DNA of 64,000 bases from an uncultured Verrucomicrobiae bacterium (lineage in GTDB: Bacteria; Verrucomicrobiota; Verrucomicrobiia; Limisphaerales; Palsa-1400): positions 256,001-320,000 of the forward strand of contig CAVXRD010000004.1 in assembly GCA_963764165.1 (NCBI GenBank). The letters are read 5' to 3'. Positions within the stretch are counted from its first letter, which is position 1. Each line of letters starts with the position of its first letter. Below, piece by piece: positions 8,891 to 17,989 of this stretch. The position numbers were made by a program, and so were the translations under genes. The notes under the pieces are model-generated. The model ran no database searches. It had not been told where the DNA came from and saw nothing but the letters and a program-made list of their open reading frames with translations.

Positions 8891-10993
8891 TCAAGCAAAC
8901 GTGCGATTTGAGAATACAGTTTCCAAAAGAAGAAAGAGAATGCCCGTCATCAACGCCAACCGCCAGAGCCCCTGCCCGCCCTCGACGGGATCAAGCACGG
9001 ATGCGAGCAGCTTGTTTCCGGCCACGGCCTGGCTGCGTGTGATCTGCGCCTGGAGGTCCGGGCTTGCGAAGCCGGCCAGATCGGATTCGCGCTGCGGCGC
9101 ATTGACGGCCATCAGGCGAATGGTTTGCCCACCCGAGTCGAGCAACTCATAAAAGCCAGGAACTTGCGGCTGAAGCTCGAGCTTTCCAGCGGCGCTGGCC
9201 TTGACCACTTCCTCCGCGCCCTCCGGCGGACGCACGCGAATTCCCTGATTGGCGAAGTTGGTGCCAAGATCCATTTCCACCGGGGCCCCGGCGATGAATG
9301 AGTCTTCAAATCGCGGCCCCAAAGAAAGCTCGTCGCCCGCCAGATAATGGCATGCTCCATGAAGCCAAGGGACGAATGTTATGTGCTTCGGCCAATCGCT
9401 CCAACCGGTGTTGGCCGATGTGTCGACAAGCAGGACTCGCCCTGCGCCGACGCCTTTGCTGACGATCATCGGCGTGGAATCGCTGAAGCGGGAGAGCACC
9501 TGCGCCGAACCGGCGGGAGTCAGCGCGAACCGCCGCCAGAATTCCGGGATCGTCAAATCACCACTGTGCGCCTGGCGAAAAGCAGCGAACACCGTCGAAT
9601 TGCTGTCAAAATCGCGCAGCCGCCAATAATTCTCGTAAGTCATCGTATCGCCTTCAACGCGGCCCACGCTGGCGGGGAGCAACTCGCCCAATTCCGAATT
9701 GTACTCGCTGGTGTTGACGCCGTCGCCCGCGAACAGCAGCAAACCGCCGCCAGCTTTGACGTAATCAAACAGAGCGCGCCCGGCTCCGTCCGGCAATTGG
9801 CGCATGGCCGGGAGCAGGACAACTCGATACGGCGCGGCGGCTGAATCGTGGAGCTTTCCCACCAATGCGGACGGAGGCGCTTTGTCGATCTTGAACGGCG
9901 AACCAATCGCATTCGACGCATCGCGATCCGGCTGCAGAGCGCTGAGGACGAAAAAGCTGTCCTCCGAAAATGCGTGTTTGGCCGGGTGAGGCTCGATGCA
10001 CAACACCTTCAACGGCGGGGGCGTTTGAAAAACCTGGTCCCGCTCGTCGTCCAGCGCATAGGAATCGCGCGACGCCAACCGGGCGCTGATTTGATGCCAG
10101 CCGTAGGGCAGCGCCGGCAACGCGCAGGAAACGTTGGTGGTGGTGTGCGCTCCGACGGAAACCGAGCTTGAAAACGCACTCTTGCCGTTGACCACAAATT
10201 CCAGCATTGCGTCCGAAATCTCCTCCGATGAGTAATTGGCGACAGTCGCCTGAAGCGGAGACTCCCCTTTCCCGACCGCCAGATCAGAAACCGCGGCGTT
10301 CGGCGTGTTGGTGGCACCCACCCCAACTATTTTTAAGCCGATGTTTTGCGGCACGGAAATCGATTCCAGCTTCTGGCAGCTTTGCTTTTGCAAATCGCTG
10401 ATGACAAAAATCTCGGATTCGCCCGGAAAATCCCGGGCCGTTAGAAGCTTGACCGCCTCCAGAATTCCGTCGCCCACTTCGCCCGACCCGAAACCTGGTT
10501 CAAGCCTGTCAAGGATTGCAATCAATTTCGGCGCCGGATCCAGCGGCGATAGCGTTTTCGGCGGCGAGGCGCAATCCACCAGTGCCGCGCGGTCATCCAA
10601 TGCCATTTCTGAGACCGCTTTGCGCAAAACGTCTTTCGCTTTCTCCCACCGAGTCGTTCCGCCCTCGGTCACCCGCATGCTGGCGGAGCGGTCCAAAACA
10701 AAAACAACGCGCTTCGCCGGGCGCTCGTTGCCAGCATGGCGGGCGTTCGACATATATGGCCGCGCGAATGCAAGGACGATCAGCGAGACCAGCAAAATGC
10801 GCATCGCCAGCAAAAGCCAGTTCAACAACTTCCGCCGGCGCCCCGCTTTTTCATCCATTTGGGCGAAGAATTGGAGCGTGCTGAACCGCAGCTTCAATCG
10901 CTTTCGCTTAAGCAACAAATGGATCAGGATCGGGATGGCAAGAGCGGCCATGCCCGCCAGAAACGCTGCGTTGCCAAAAAGGATTTGCGGCAT
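8891..10993 (-). CDS. BatA N-terminal + vWA domain protein
   Basis: ALAIPILIHLL...FSTLQF...LAFARP (BatA), LDRSASM MIDAS, ISDLQ, C-terminal RESDL plus TM. Confidence 0.9.
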   Translation of the reverse strand: MPQILFGNAAFLAGMAALAIPILIHLLLKRKRLKLRFSTLQFFAQMDEKAGRRRKLLNWLLLAMRILLVSLIVLAFARPYMSNARHAGNERPAKRVVFVLDRSASMRVTEGGTTRWEKAKDVLRKAVSEMALDDRAALVDCASPPKTLSPLDPAPKLIAILDRLEPGFGSGEVGDGILEAVKLLTARDFPGESEIFVISDLQKQSCQKLESISVPQNIGLKIVGVGATNTPNAAVSDLAVGKGESPLQATVANYSSEEISDAMLEFVVNGKSAFSSSVSVGAHTTTNVSCALPALPYGWHQISARLASRDSYALDDERDQVFQTPPPLKVLCIEPHPAKHAFSEDSFFVLSALQPDRDASNAIGSPFKIDKAPPSALVGKLHDSAAAPYRVVLLPAMRQLPDGAGRALFDYVKAGGGLLLFAGDGVNTSEYNSELGELLPASVGRVEGDTMTYENYWRLRDFDSNSTVFAAFRQAHSGDLTIPEFWRRFALTPAGSAQVLSRFSDSTPMIVSKGVGAGRVLLVDTSANTGWSDWPKHITFVPWLHGACHYLAGDELSLGPRFEDSFIAGAPVEMDLGTNFANQGIRVRPPEGAEEVVKASAAGKLELQPQVPGFYELLDSGGQTIRLMAVNAPQRESDLAGFASPDLQAQITRSQAVAGNKLLASVLDPVEGGQGLWRLALMTGILFLLLETVFSNRTFA

Positions 10994-11016
10994 ACGCGTT
11001 TAGTCGGCGAGTTTGT

Positions 11017-11898
11017 TCATATAAGCAGCCGTTTCTCCATGTAGGCGCTCAGGGCTTTGTGCAGTGATCCGTCCGTGCGGAGGAGTTGATAATCTATTTC
11101 ATATTTGTTGCATTCGTGCTCAAGCTCGCGCCGGAACTGGCTGACCCGGGCCAGATATTCCTTCCTAAAACTGGCGGCATGCACAGGCACTTCCATGCCG
11201 GTTTCGGCGTCCTCGAACAGCCATTCGCCCTCGTATTTGAAATCAAGCTCCTCGCCCGCCATGAGATGGAACACGATGACCTCCTGCCGGCGATCGTGAA
11301 GCTGCTGGAACAATTGAAAAACGGTTTCTTTCGAGGCGAAGAAATCCGAGATGACCACCGTCACTCCGCGCCGATTGAACGTCTCCACCACGTCAAATAA
11401 ATCATGGCCAAGGCTCTCCTTCCCTTCGGCGGCGGAGCGGGACAGCATTAGAAGTATCTCGTCCAGATGCTGCCGCCCGCCCCGCGACGGAAGCGCCTGC
11501 ACCGTCGCCTGCCCAAATAGCGCCAGGCCCACGGCGTCGTGCTGCCGCGACATGAAGTAAGCCAGCGCCGCGGCCAGCAGCCGCCCATATTGAAATTTGT
11601 TCCCGGCCCCGAAATCCATCGACGCGCTCGAATCCAGCAAAATTTGGCAGGCCAGGTTTGTGTCGTCCTCGAATTGCTTGACGTAGAGCTTGTCCGTCCG
11701 CGCCCACACCTTCCAATCGACGTAGCGCAAATTGTCGCCGGGGACGTAAGGGCCGTAGGACGCAAACTCCGTGCTGTAACCAAGAAACGGGCTTTGATGC
11801 AGCCCGCTTAAAAATCCCTCAACCACATTCCGCGCCACGAGCGAAATGTCCTCCAATGCGCCCAGCAAATTCGCGTCAAATGTCACTGGCGGATTCAT
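11017..11898 (-). CDS. DUF58 domain protein
   Basis: GLHQSPFLGYSTEF...YVPGDNLRYVDWKVWARTDKLYVKQFE, LDSSASM, ISDF. Confidence 0.93.
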   Translation of the reverse strand: MNPPVTFDANLLGALEDISLVARNVVEGFLSGLHQSPFLGYSTEFASYGPYVPGDNLRYVDWKVWARTDKLYVKQFEDDTNLACQILLDSSASMDFGAGNKFQYGRLLAAALAYFMSRQHDAVGLALFGQATVQALPSRGGRQHLDEILLMLSRSAAEGKESLGHDLFDVVETFNRRGVTVVISDFFASKETVFQLFQQLHDRRQEVIVFHLMAGEELDFKYEGEWLFEDAETGMEVPVHAASFRKEYLARVSQFRRELEHECNKYEIDYQLLRTDGSLHKALSAYMEKRLLI

Positions 11899-11920
11899 AA
11901 TAAAGCCATTTGCTTCCGTG

Positions 11921-12952
11921 TCATTTTTCGTCAGGCGCGACGTCCTTGAGCAATTGGTCGATGATGCTCAGCGCGGTGGCTTTCTGCGTGCGGGCGTGGA
12001 AGTTGACAAGGATGCGGTGCTGCAACACCTCGCGCGCGACGGAACGCACACCTTGATAATCGGCGCAGAAATTGCCGGCGACGGCCGCCCGGGCCTTCGC
12101 GCCGAGGATTAAGTATTGCGAAGCCCGGGGGCTCGCCCCCCACCGAACGAACTCCTTGACGTATTTTGGAGAACGCGGATCCTCCGGCCTCGTGCGCGAA
12201 ACCAACCGAACGGCGTAACGAACCACTTCCGCCGAAACGGGCACCGCGCGCACGAGCTTTTGGATATCAAGAATTTGCCGGGCGTCCAGAACCGGCTCCA
12301 ACTGGGGCGTCTCGATCCCAGTGGTGCTCCGCACTACCATCTCCTCTTCCTCATTGGTTGGGTAGGTGCTATGGATGCTAAACATGAAGCGATCGGCCTG
12401 CGCTTCCGGCAAAGTGTAGGTGCCCTCCATTTCTATCGGATTTTGGGTGGCGAAAACATGAAACGGCGCCGGCAGCGGATAGGTCTTGTTGCCAATGGTG
12501 ACTTCGCGCTCCTGCATGGTTTGCAGCATCGCGGCCTGGGTCTTGGGCGGCGTGCGATTGATTTCGTCCGCCAGCACCATGTTGGCAAAGACCGGCCCCT
12601 GCAAGAATTCCAGACGGCGCTTCCCCGTCACCGGGTCTTCCTCGATGACATCCGTGCCGGTAATGTCCGAAGGCATCAAATCCGGCGTGAATTGAATCCG
12701 CTTGAAGGAAAGCGCGAGCGTCTTGGCAAGGGAGTTCACGAGCAGCGTTTTCGCCAGGCCCGGGCAGCCAACGATTAATGCGTGGCCGCCGCAGAAGACG
12801 GTGAGCAGGACGTTCTGGATGACTGTTTTTTGGCCGACGATGGCCTTGGCCAATTGGGCTTGAATGGCACTGTGGTGCGAGGCCAGTTCTTCGATGGCCT
12901 TGGGAGTCGACTTCTGAGTTTCGGGCGGGGGCGCGGCGGCTAGAGTCGGCAT
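11921..12952 (-). CDS. moxR: MoxR-family AAA+ ATPase
   Basis: Walker A GCPGLAKT, RIQFTPDLMPSDITG, Walker B LADEINRTPPKTQ, ATQNPIEMEGTYTLPEAQADRF, WGASPRAS. Confidence 0.95.
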   Translation of the reverse strand: MPTLAAAPPPETQKSTPKAIEELASHHSAIQAQLAKAIVGQKTVIQNVLLTVFCGGHALIVGCPGLAKTLLVNSLAKTLALSFKRIQFTPDLMPSDITGTDVIEEDPVTGKRRLEFLQGPVFANMVLADEINRTPPKTQAAMLQTMQEREVTIGNKTYPLPAPFHVFATQNPIEMEGTYTLPEAQADRFMFSIHSTYPTNEEEEMVVRSTTGIETPQLEPVLDARQILDIQKLVRAVPVSAEVVRYAVRLVSRTRPEDPRSPKYVKEFVRWGASPRASQYLILGAKARAAVAGNFCADYQGVRSVAREVLQHRILVNFHARTQKATALSIIDQLLKDVAPDEK

Positions 12953-13030
12953 CCGTTGCCTTTCGATGTACGTTTGGGCTGATTCATTTGATTGTCCTTC
13001 GTGTTGCTGCTTATGCCAGTCATAGACATT

Positions 13031-13042
13031 TTACATTTGTAC
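13031..13042. promoter_or_regulatory. BlaI/MecI/CopY-type operator box upstream of the moxR operon
   Basis: TTACATTTGTAC contains TACAnnTGTA, lies about 80 bp upstream of moxR and overlaps a minus-strand TAAAAT -10-like hexamer. Confidence 0.75.
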
Positions 13043-13114
13043 TAGTTCAAACTCCATTAGACCGCGTTAGTTTCGATTCATCACGTCAAATAAATTACTT
13101 CCGCGCCGAACCCG

Positions 13115-14772
13115 TCATTCCACCGTCAGCCCCAGCATGAACGGAGCCGCTTTGGACTGGCCGGAGACATAATCCACGCTCACCACCGGTGTCTTTGGAA
13201 GGGGGTTGGCCCAGGTGGTGCGATACAAACGAAGCGCGCCGTTTTGCGACCGGATATTCAGATTGTTGCCGGTCCAGGCCATGACGGTGTTGGGATCGCT
13301 GACCGGAGCAAACTCCCAAAACCACCAATCTCGGACGCTCTCGCCATAATTCACCGGCAGCTCCCGCCGCTGGCCATCCGCATAATGCAGGACGATGGCG
13401 GAAACTTTTACGCCGGCTTCGTCCTTGCCCGCGCACGCATGGAGTAAGTGAAGCTTTGAGAACGCTTTCCCAATCGGGATGTTGGCAACGGCCTCGGGAA
13501 AACCGCTGGCCGCTGGCGACTGGCCGTTCCCAGACAACTGCACCACACCGCCCACCTCGAACGGAATTCCGGCAACTTCGTGCGTTCCCGATGGGAAACT
13601 TGCCAGATCATTATCGGAAATGTTCGGCAGCCAGCTATCCTTCAAATTGCCATCCGACCACGGCCGAAGATCGATGGTGGTGAATCGGGGCGCTGGAACT
13701 GCTGGCGCTGGTGCTGCCGAAACGGGTTTGGCGGCCGCCGCCTTGACCTCCAGCCGGGCAGGCGCGACCACTGCCGTCACGAGCAACGCGATCAACACCG
13801 CCGCGACCGTGGGCCGCTGGCGAAAGGCGCGTCCGGGTTGGAGCAAGCTTTTGATGCGGTCTTCGAGGTCTTTCGCGTGGCCGGAAATGGCCAGGGCCGA
13901 AGCGGGGCATGCGGGTTCATAATAGGCTGCCAGACGATCCACAATGGCGGAACCGTATTCGCGCGAGTCAACCTGCAGGCTCGCCACCGCCATTTCATCG
14001 CAGCATTTCTCGCGCTCGTGGCGGATGATTTTGTTCAGCCACCAAACCAGCGGGTGAAAAAAGAACATCGCCTGAACAACAACTTGAATGAGATTGATCA
14101 ATGCATCCCAGCGGCGCACATGGGCCAATTCGTGCCCCATGACGAGCGAGCGCTCGCGAGACGAGCCTTGACGCCCGAACCCCTCCGGCAGGTAAATCGA
14201 GCCTCGGAATACTCCCCACACGAAGGGTTGGCCGATGCCCTTTATCAAGCGGAGCTTGGGGCGATGCTGAATGCCCATCGATTTCGCCATATCCAGAAAT
14301 TCGCATTCCAATTCCATATCCGGCTCTGTCCGCGCGCGCCGCAATCCGGCTTCGACGCGCCAAGCCTTTAGAATCGCCGTCAGGAAATAGCCCAGCGACC
14401 CCGCAATCCACGCGGCCAAAAGCCATTTCTGCCAACGAAATCGCTCCATGAAAGAAAACGCCCCGCTAGCGGTGGCGAACGAATGCCCCGACAATACACT
14501 CTCCGAAGTGAAGGCCGAAGCGGTCGCTTTTAGGCCCGAATTCGACACTATCGGTTGTTCTGGAAATACGCGCTCAACAGTCCGCGCCAACCCTGGCACC
14601 GCGACTGGCATCACCGGCGGAAAAACGCACTTAACCAAAACGACCAACCATAGAAGATACCGCAAATGCGCGCTTCCCCGCGCAGCAGGACGGACACAAC
14701 TCCAACGATGGCGAACAAGGCGGCGATTTGCCAGCTTTGCGTCCAAAGGAAGTTTAGAATGCCGCGAGTCAT
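13115..14772 (-). CDS. BlaR1-like M56 metallopeptidase sensor (apparent 1-nt frameshift near 14678)
   Basis: HELAHVRRWD, FFFHPLVWW, EKCCDE. The true N-terminus MTRGILNFLWTQSWQIAALFAIVGVVSVLLR starts at 14772 in another frame and joins GSAHLRYLLWL. Confidence 0.85.
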
Positions 14773-14780
14773 AGAATCAT

Positions 14781-15182
14781 CTATTTTTCAGTGCTCGGAG
14801 GGGTTTCCTTCAGAATGTCCTGGAGCCGCTTGAGGTCTTCCTGGTCGATCTGCCGGCTCTTGGCAAGGTGCATGACAAGCGGCACCGCGTCGCCCCCGAA
14901 AAAGCGCGCAACCAAATCGCTCACCGTCTTGGTGATGACTTTCTCGCGTTTGATGGCGGGAGAAAAAACATGGGCTTTTCCGGCAACTTTGCTTTTCACG
15001 TAGCCCTTGTCACGAAGGCGACGGAGCATCGTCTGGACGGTCGCGCTGGCAATCGGGCGATCCGCGGGAAGCTCGGCCCAGATCTGTTGCACAGTCGCTT
15101 CCTTGAGCTTCCATACGATATTCAGAACTTCAGATTCGGCCGCCCCCAAACCAGCCATTTCAACAGCATCGGGTTTGCTCAT
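14781..15182 (-). CDS. BlaI/MecI/CopY family transcriptional repressor
   Basis: AESEVLNIVW...TVQTMLRRLRDKGYV...GKAHVFSP...RFFGGDAVPLVMHL. Confidence 0.95.
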   Translation of the reverse strand: MSKPDAVEMAGLGAAESEVLNIVWKLKEATVQQIWAELPADRPIASATVQTMLRRLRDKGYVKSKVAGKAHVFSPAIKREKVITKTVSDLVARFFGGDAVPLVMHLAKSRQIDQEDLKRLQDILKETPPSTEK

Positions 15183-15230
15183 ATTGCGTCTTCAAGATAG
15201 CCACAAACGCTTTCCACGGGACGCATCCTC

Positions 15231-15253
15231 TTACAATTGTACGAGCGTGTCAA
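15231..15253 (-). promoter_or_regulatory. blaI promoter: TTGACA -35 with a TACAATTGTA operator in the spacer
   Basis: Minus-strand TTGACA at 15248-15253; perfect palindrome TACAATTGTA at 15232-15241. Confidence 0.8.
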
Positions 15254-15300
15254 GCGCCGAATTTTGCGACCGCGGCCAAACGGCGTGTGCATCAGTTGCT

Positions 15301-15420
15301 TGGGGATCGCGGTCGTCTCGACCGCCGTTTTCGGCGTTCCGCCGGAAACTCCTGCGGCAGCGCGGCGAAGACTGGCTGGCGAGACGCCAGCCAGGGCGAC
15401 CGGGACGGTCGCGCTCCCCA
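15301..15420. repeat. REP/REPIN-like intergenic palindromic element
   Basis: Outer imperfect IR TGGGGATCGCG...CGCGCTCCCCA; shares GGCGACCGGGACGGTCGCGCTCC with a copy at about 58601-58751. Confidence 0.7.
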
Positions 15421-15435
15421 AACGGGGTTGGCGCT

Positions 15436-17898
15436 TCACGGATCGAGCGGCTTCAAATTGATTGTCAACGTTCCCACATCCACGGGCTCTCCGGACCGTT
15501 CGGGCGGGGCTTCAGGAACGACTATCTTCTGCCGCAGAATTCCCAGGCATGTGTCAAAATCCTCGTTCGTGGCCGAGGTTACGTGGCGATGTATTTCGCA
15601 CTCATAGGTGCCAGGCAGGACGTTCTCGGCGGTAAAGATATTGCTCGAGGCGAACTGGAGCGCATAAATCGTTTCCGATTTCTGTCGAGCCATCCCCTCG
15701 GCTGAATCCCAATAGGCGCGCCACCAGGCGTTGGTAGCACGAGAATCCGGCAGCTTGGGAAGCTCAACAGCAGGCAATGCTTTCCGCAAGAACGCGGGCT
15801 GCCTCCCACTCTCCCACAGGATTTGCCGGCCATCCGATGGCACGATGCGCCCCGTCACGGTACGTCCGCCGCCATCGAAAATTACCTCTGAAGTTTGGCC
15901 GGGAGCGATATCGATTGCCCGCCCTCGGGTAAATTGAGAATCCATCAGGCATCCAATCATGGCCGAAGCCGGGGGAACATAGTCGAAGACGAAACGTCCT
16001 TCGCTATCTGTCAGAGCGGTAAATGAGTTCACTTGAAACTGAGGGAAGAATGACCCGATGCGCACTAATTGCATAAGAGCGTTTGTTTCTCGCGCCGCGC
16101 TGCGTTGCACCACTCCGGAAACCCGCCCCCAGGGCTTTAACTGAATCGATTTCGTTTGTTTCAGCGCTTCCGGTGAGATTTCGGCGTAGCCTTTCTCGCT
16201 CGCCACCGCAATCCATTTGACTCCCGGCTGCGGCTGAAAACAAAACGCGCCGTGGCCATCCGTTTGCTGGATGCCGTCCACCGGTCCGCCGACAAACTCA
16301 GCCCGGCCTAGCACCGTCGTGGAATCCGCAGTGCAGAGCGCCACTTCCGCCTTCGCCACCGGCTTCCCGTCCCGTGAGCGGACAACGCCAGTCAGGGGGT
16401 CGCCTCGCTTCAAATCCAATTCCAAATCGGCCTCTTCAACCTCATCTTTAAACGGGGCTGAGATGGCGGGAAAATATCCATCCGCCTCAACTCGCACGAC
16501 ATGCGGCAGCGGACGGTTTGGCAGCCAAACCGTAAACTTACCGTCTCTTCCTTTGGCCGCGAAATCGACGTTCCAATCTTCGTGGTCACCGTGCATGAGC
16601 CCGGGGACAAGGCGGAATTCTGAAATGGGAGCGCGCGTTTCCGCATCGATCACCCTTCCCGACAAACGCAGTTGCTTTTTGAGCGTGACAACGTGTTCGA
16701 CTCCGTCGGCCTTCACTGATTGCGACATGAGCGGTTCGCAGCCAAACCGAGTGACGTCGCAGACGATGTCTTCCGCCGGGGCAGAGAACCAAGCCAGCCT
16801 GCCTTGGTAGTCTGATTTGAAATGGGTCTGCTCAAAAGCGTCGCTTTGCGATGCGTGAACCGCCACCGACGCGCCGGGAATGGGCCTGCCTTTTGCATCC
16901 TGAATTTGGACGTCAAACACACGGCCGGGCTCCAACTGAATCCGCGCCTCTTGGATCGCACTTGAGACTTGAATTTGCGCTTTCGCAGACGCCAAGCCAC
17001 GCGCCGACGCCGTCAATGTGACTTCCCCTTCTGGCTGATTGTTGAAATTAAATCGCCCGTCGGCCGTGGTCCAAACAGGATAGTCGCCCGCCGAAACAAC
17101 CGCCCCCTCCACGGGGCGTCCGTTTGCATTGAGGACGACTCCATTGATTGGCATCCCGCGCTTCAAAATGAAAACCGCGTTCGAGGCCTGCAACTCAGCT
17201 TCCGTCACTCGATTGACCGCCTCGCTCATTCGCTTGCCGTGATCCATGGAAACTTCCGCGGTGACATAATCGGGATGAACGAACCGCAGCTTCAATGATT
17301 CAAGCTGCCGTGGAGCGTGATTGCATGACCACCTGCCTTTCACATCGGTTTTCTCGATATGAAAATGGCCATCCGATGCGGTCGCGCTGGAGGGCTCTTG
17401 ATCGCCGCCGTTTTTGACCGACTCCACAAACACCTCGACCCCGGCAATGGGTTCTCCCATCTCATTCAACACCCGTCCGCCAACGGAGACGGCCCGCTCC
17501 AGCTTCACAGTGGTCAAATCGGGAAAAGCTCCAGTGAAGGTGCGTCGAAGAATCTTCTCACCGGGCGCGAAGCCGTCGGCGGTGATCCACAATTTCAATT
17601 CATCTTCTGTCCCGGCGGGAATAGACATCTCGCCGATGCCGTTCGATCTCGTTCCCCAATTCCCGGACAAATGGGGCAGGCCAACTTCCGCGATTAACTG
17701 CAATTTTGCGCCAGCCAACCCAGCGGGACTATTGCCGCCCACCACTTTTACGGTGATTGTTTCCTCGACGTTTGCCGTTGGTTCCGCTTGGATCGGGCCG
17801 CAACCCGCAAACACAAGCGCCGCCAGCGATAGAATCAAACGCCTCGCCAGAGGCATCTGCGTTGGCACCCAACGCCGCTGGATTTCAGTGGCAAACAC
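15436..17898 (-). CDS. Exported (lipo)protein with multiple carboxypeptidase-regulatory-like domains
   Basis: LVFAGC lipobox-like signal; repeated GRVLNEMGEPIAGV / GVVRSRDGKPVAKAEV / TDSEGRFVF modules; same module type as 901..4317. Confidence 0.8.
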   Translation of the reverse strand: MFATEIQRRWVPTQMPLARRLILSLAALVFAGCGPIQAEPTANVEETITVKVVGGNSPAGLAGAKLQLIAEVGLPHLSGNWGTRSNGIGEMSIPAGTEDELKLWITADGFAPGEKILRRTFTGAFPDLTTVKLERAVSVGGRVLNEMGEPIAGVEVFVESVKNGGDQEPSSATASDGHFHIEKTDVKGRWSCNHAPRQLESLKLRFVHPDYVTAEVSMDHGKRMSEAVNRVTEAELQASNAVFILKRGMPINGVVLNANGRPVEGAVVSAGDYPVWTTADGRFNFNNQPEGEVTLTASARGLASAKAQIQVSSAIQEARIQLEPGRVFDVQIQDAKGRPIPGASVAVHASQSDAFEQTHFKSDYQGRLAWFSAPAEDIVCDVTRFGCEPLMSQSVKADGVEHVVTLKKQLRLSGRVIDAETRAPISEFRLVPGLMHGDHEDWNVDFAAKGRDGKFTVWLPNRPLPHVVRVEADGYFPAISAPFKDEVEEADLELDLKRGDPLTGVVRSRDGKPVAKAEVALCTADSTTVLGRAEFVGGPVDGIQQTDGHGAFCFQPQPGVKWIAVASEKGYAEISPEALKQTKSIQLKPWGRVSGVVQRSAARETNALMQLVRIGSFFPQFQVNSFTALTDSEGRFVFDYVPPASAMIGCLMDSQFTRGRAIDIAPGQTSEVIFDGGGRTVTGRIVPSDGRQILWESGRQPAFLRKALPAVELPKLPDSRATNAWWRAYWDSAEGMARQKSETIYALQFASSNIFTAENVLPGTYECEIHRHVTSATNEDFDTCLGILRQKIVVPEAPPERSGEPVDVGTLTINLKPLDP

Positions 17899-17989
17899 AA
17901 ATGATCAGACGCTGGCTCGAATTAATTGTTCACCTCGCGGAATACTTTTCAGATGTCCGGTTTTCGCGGCAGCGGCTACTATCTCATGA

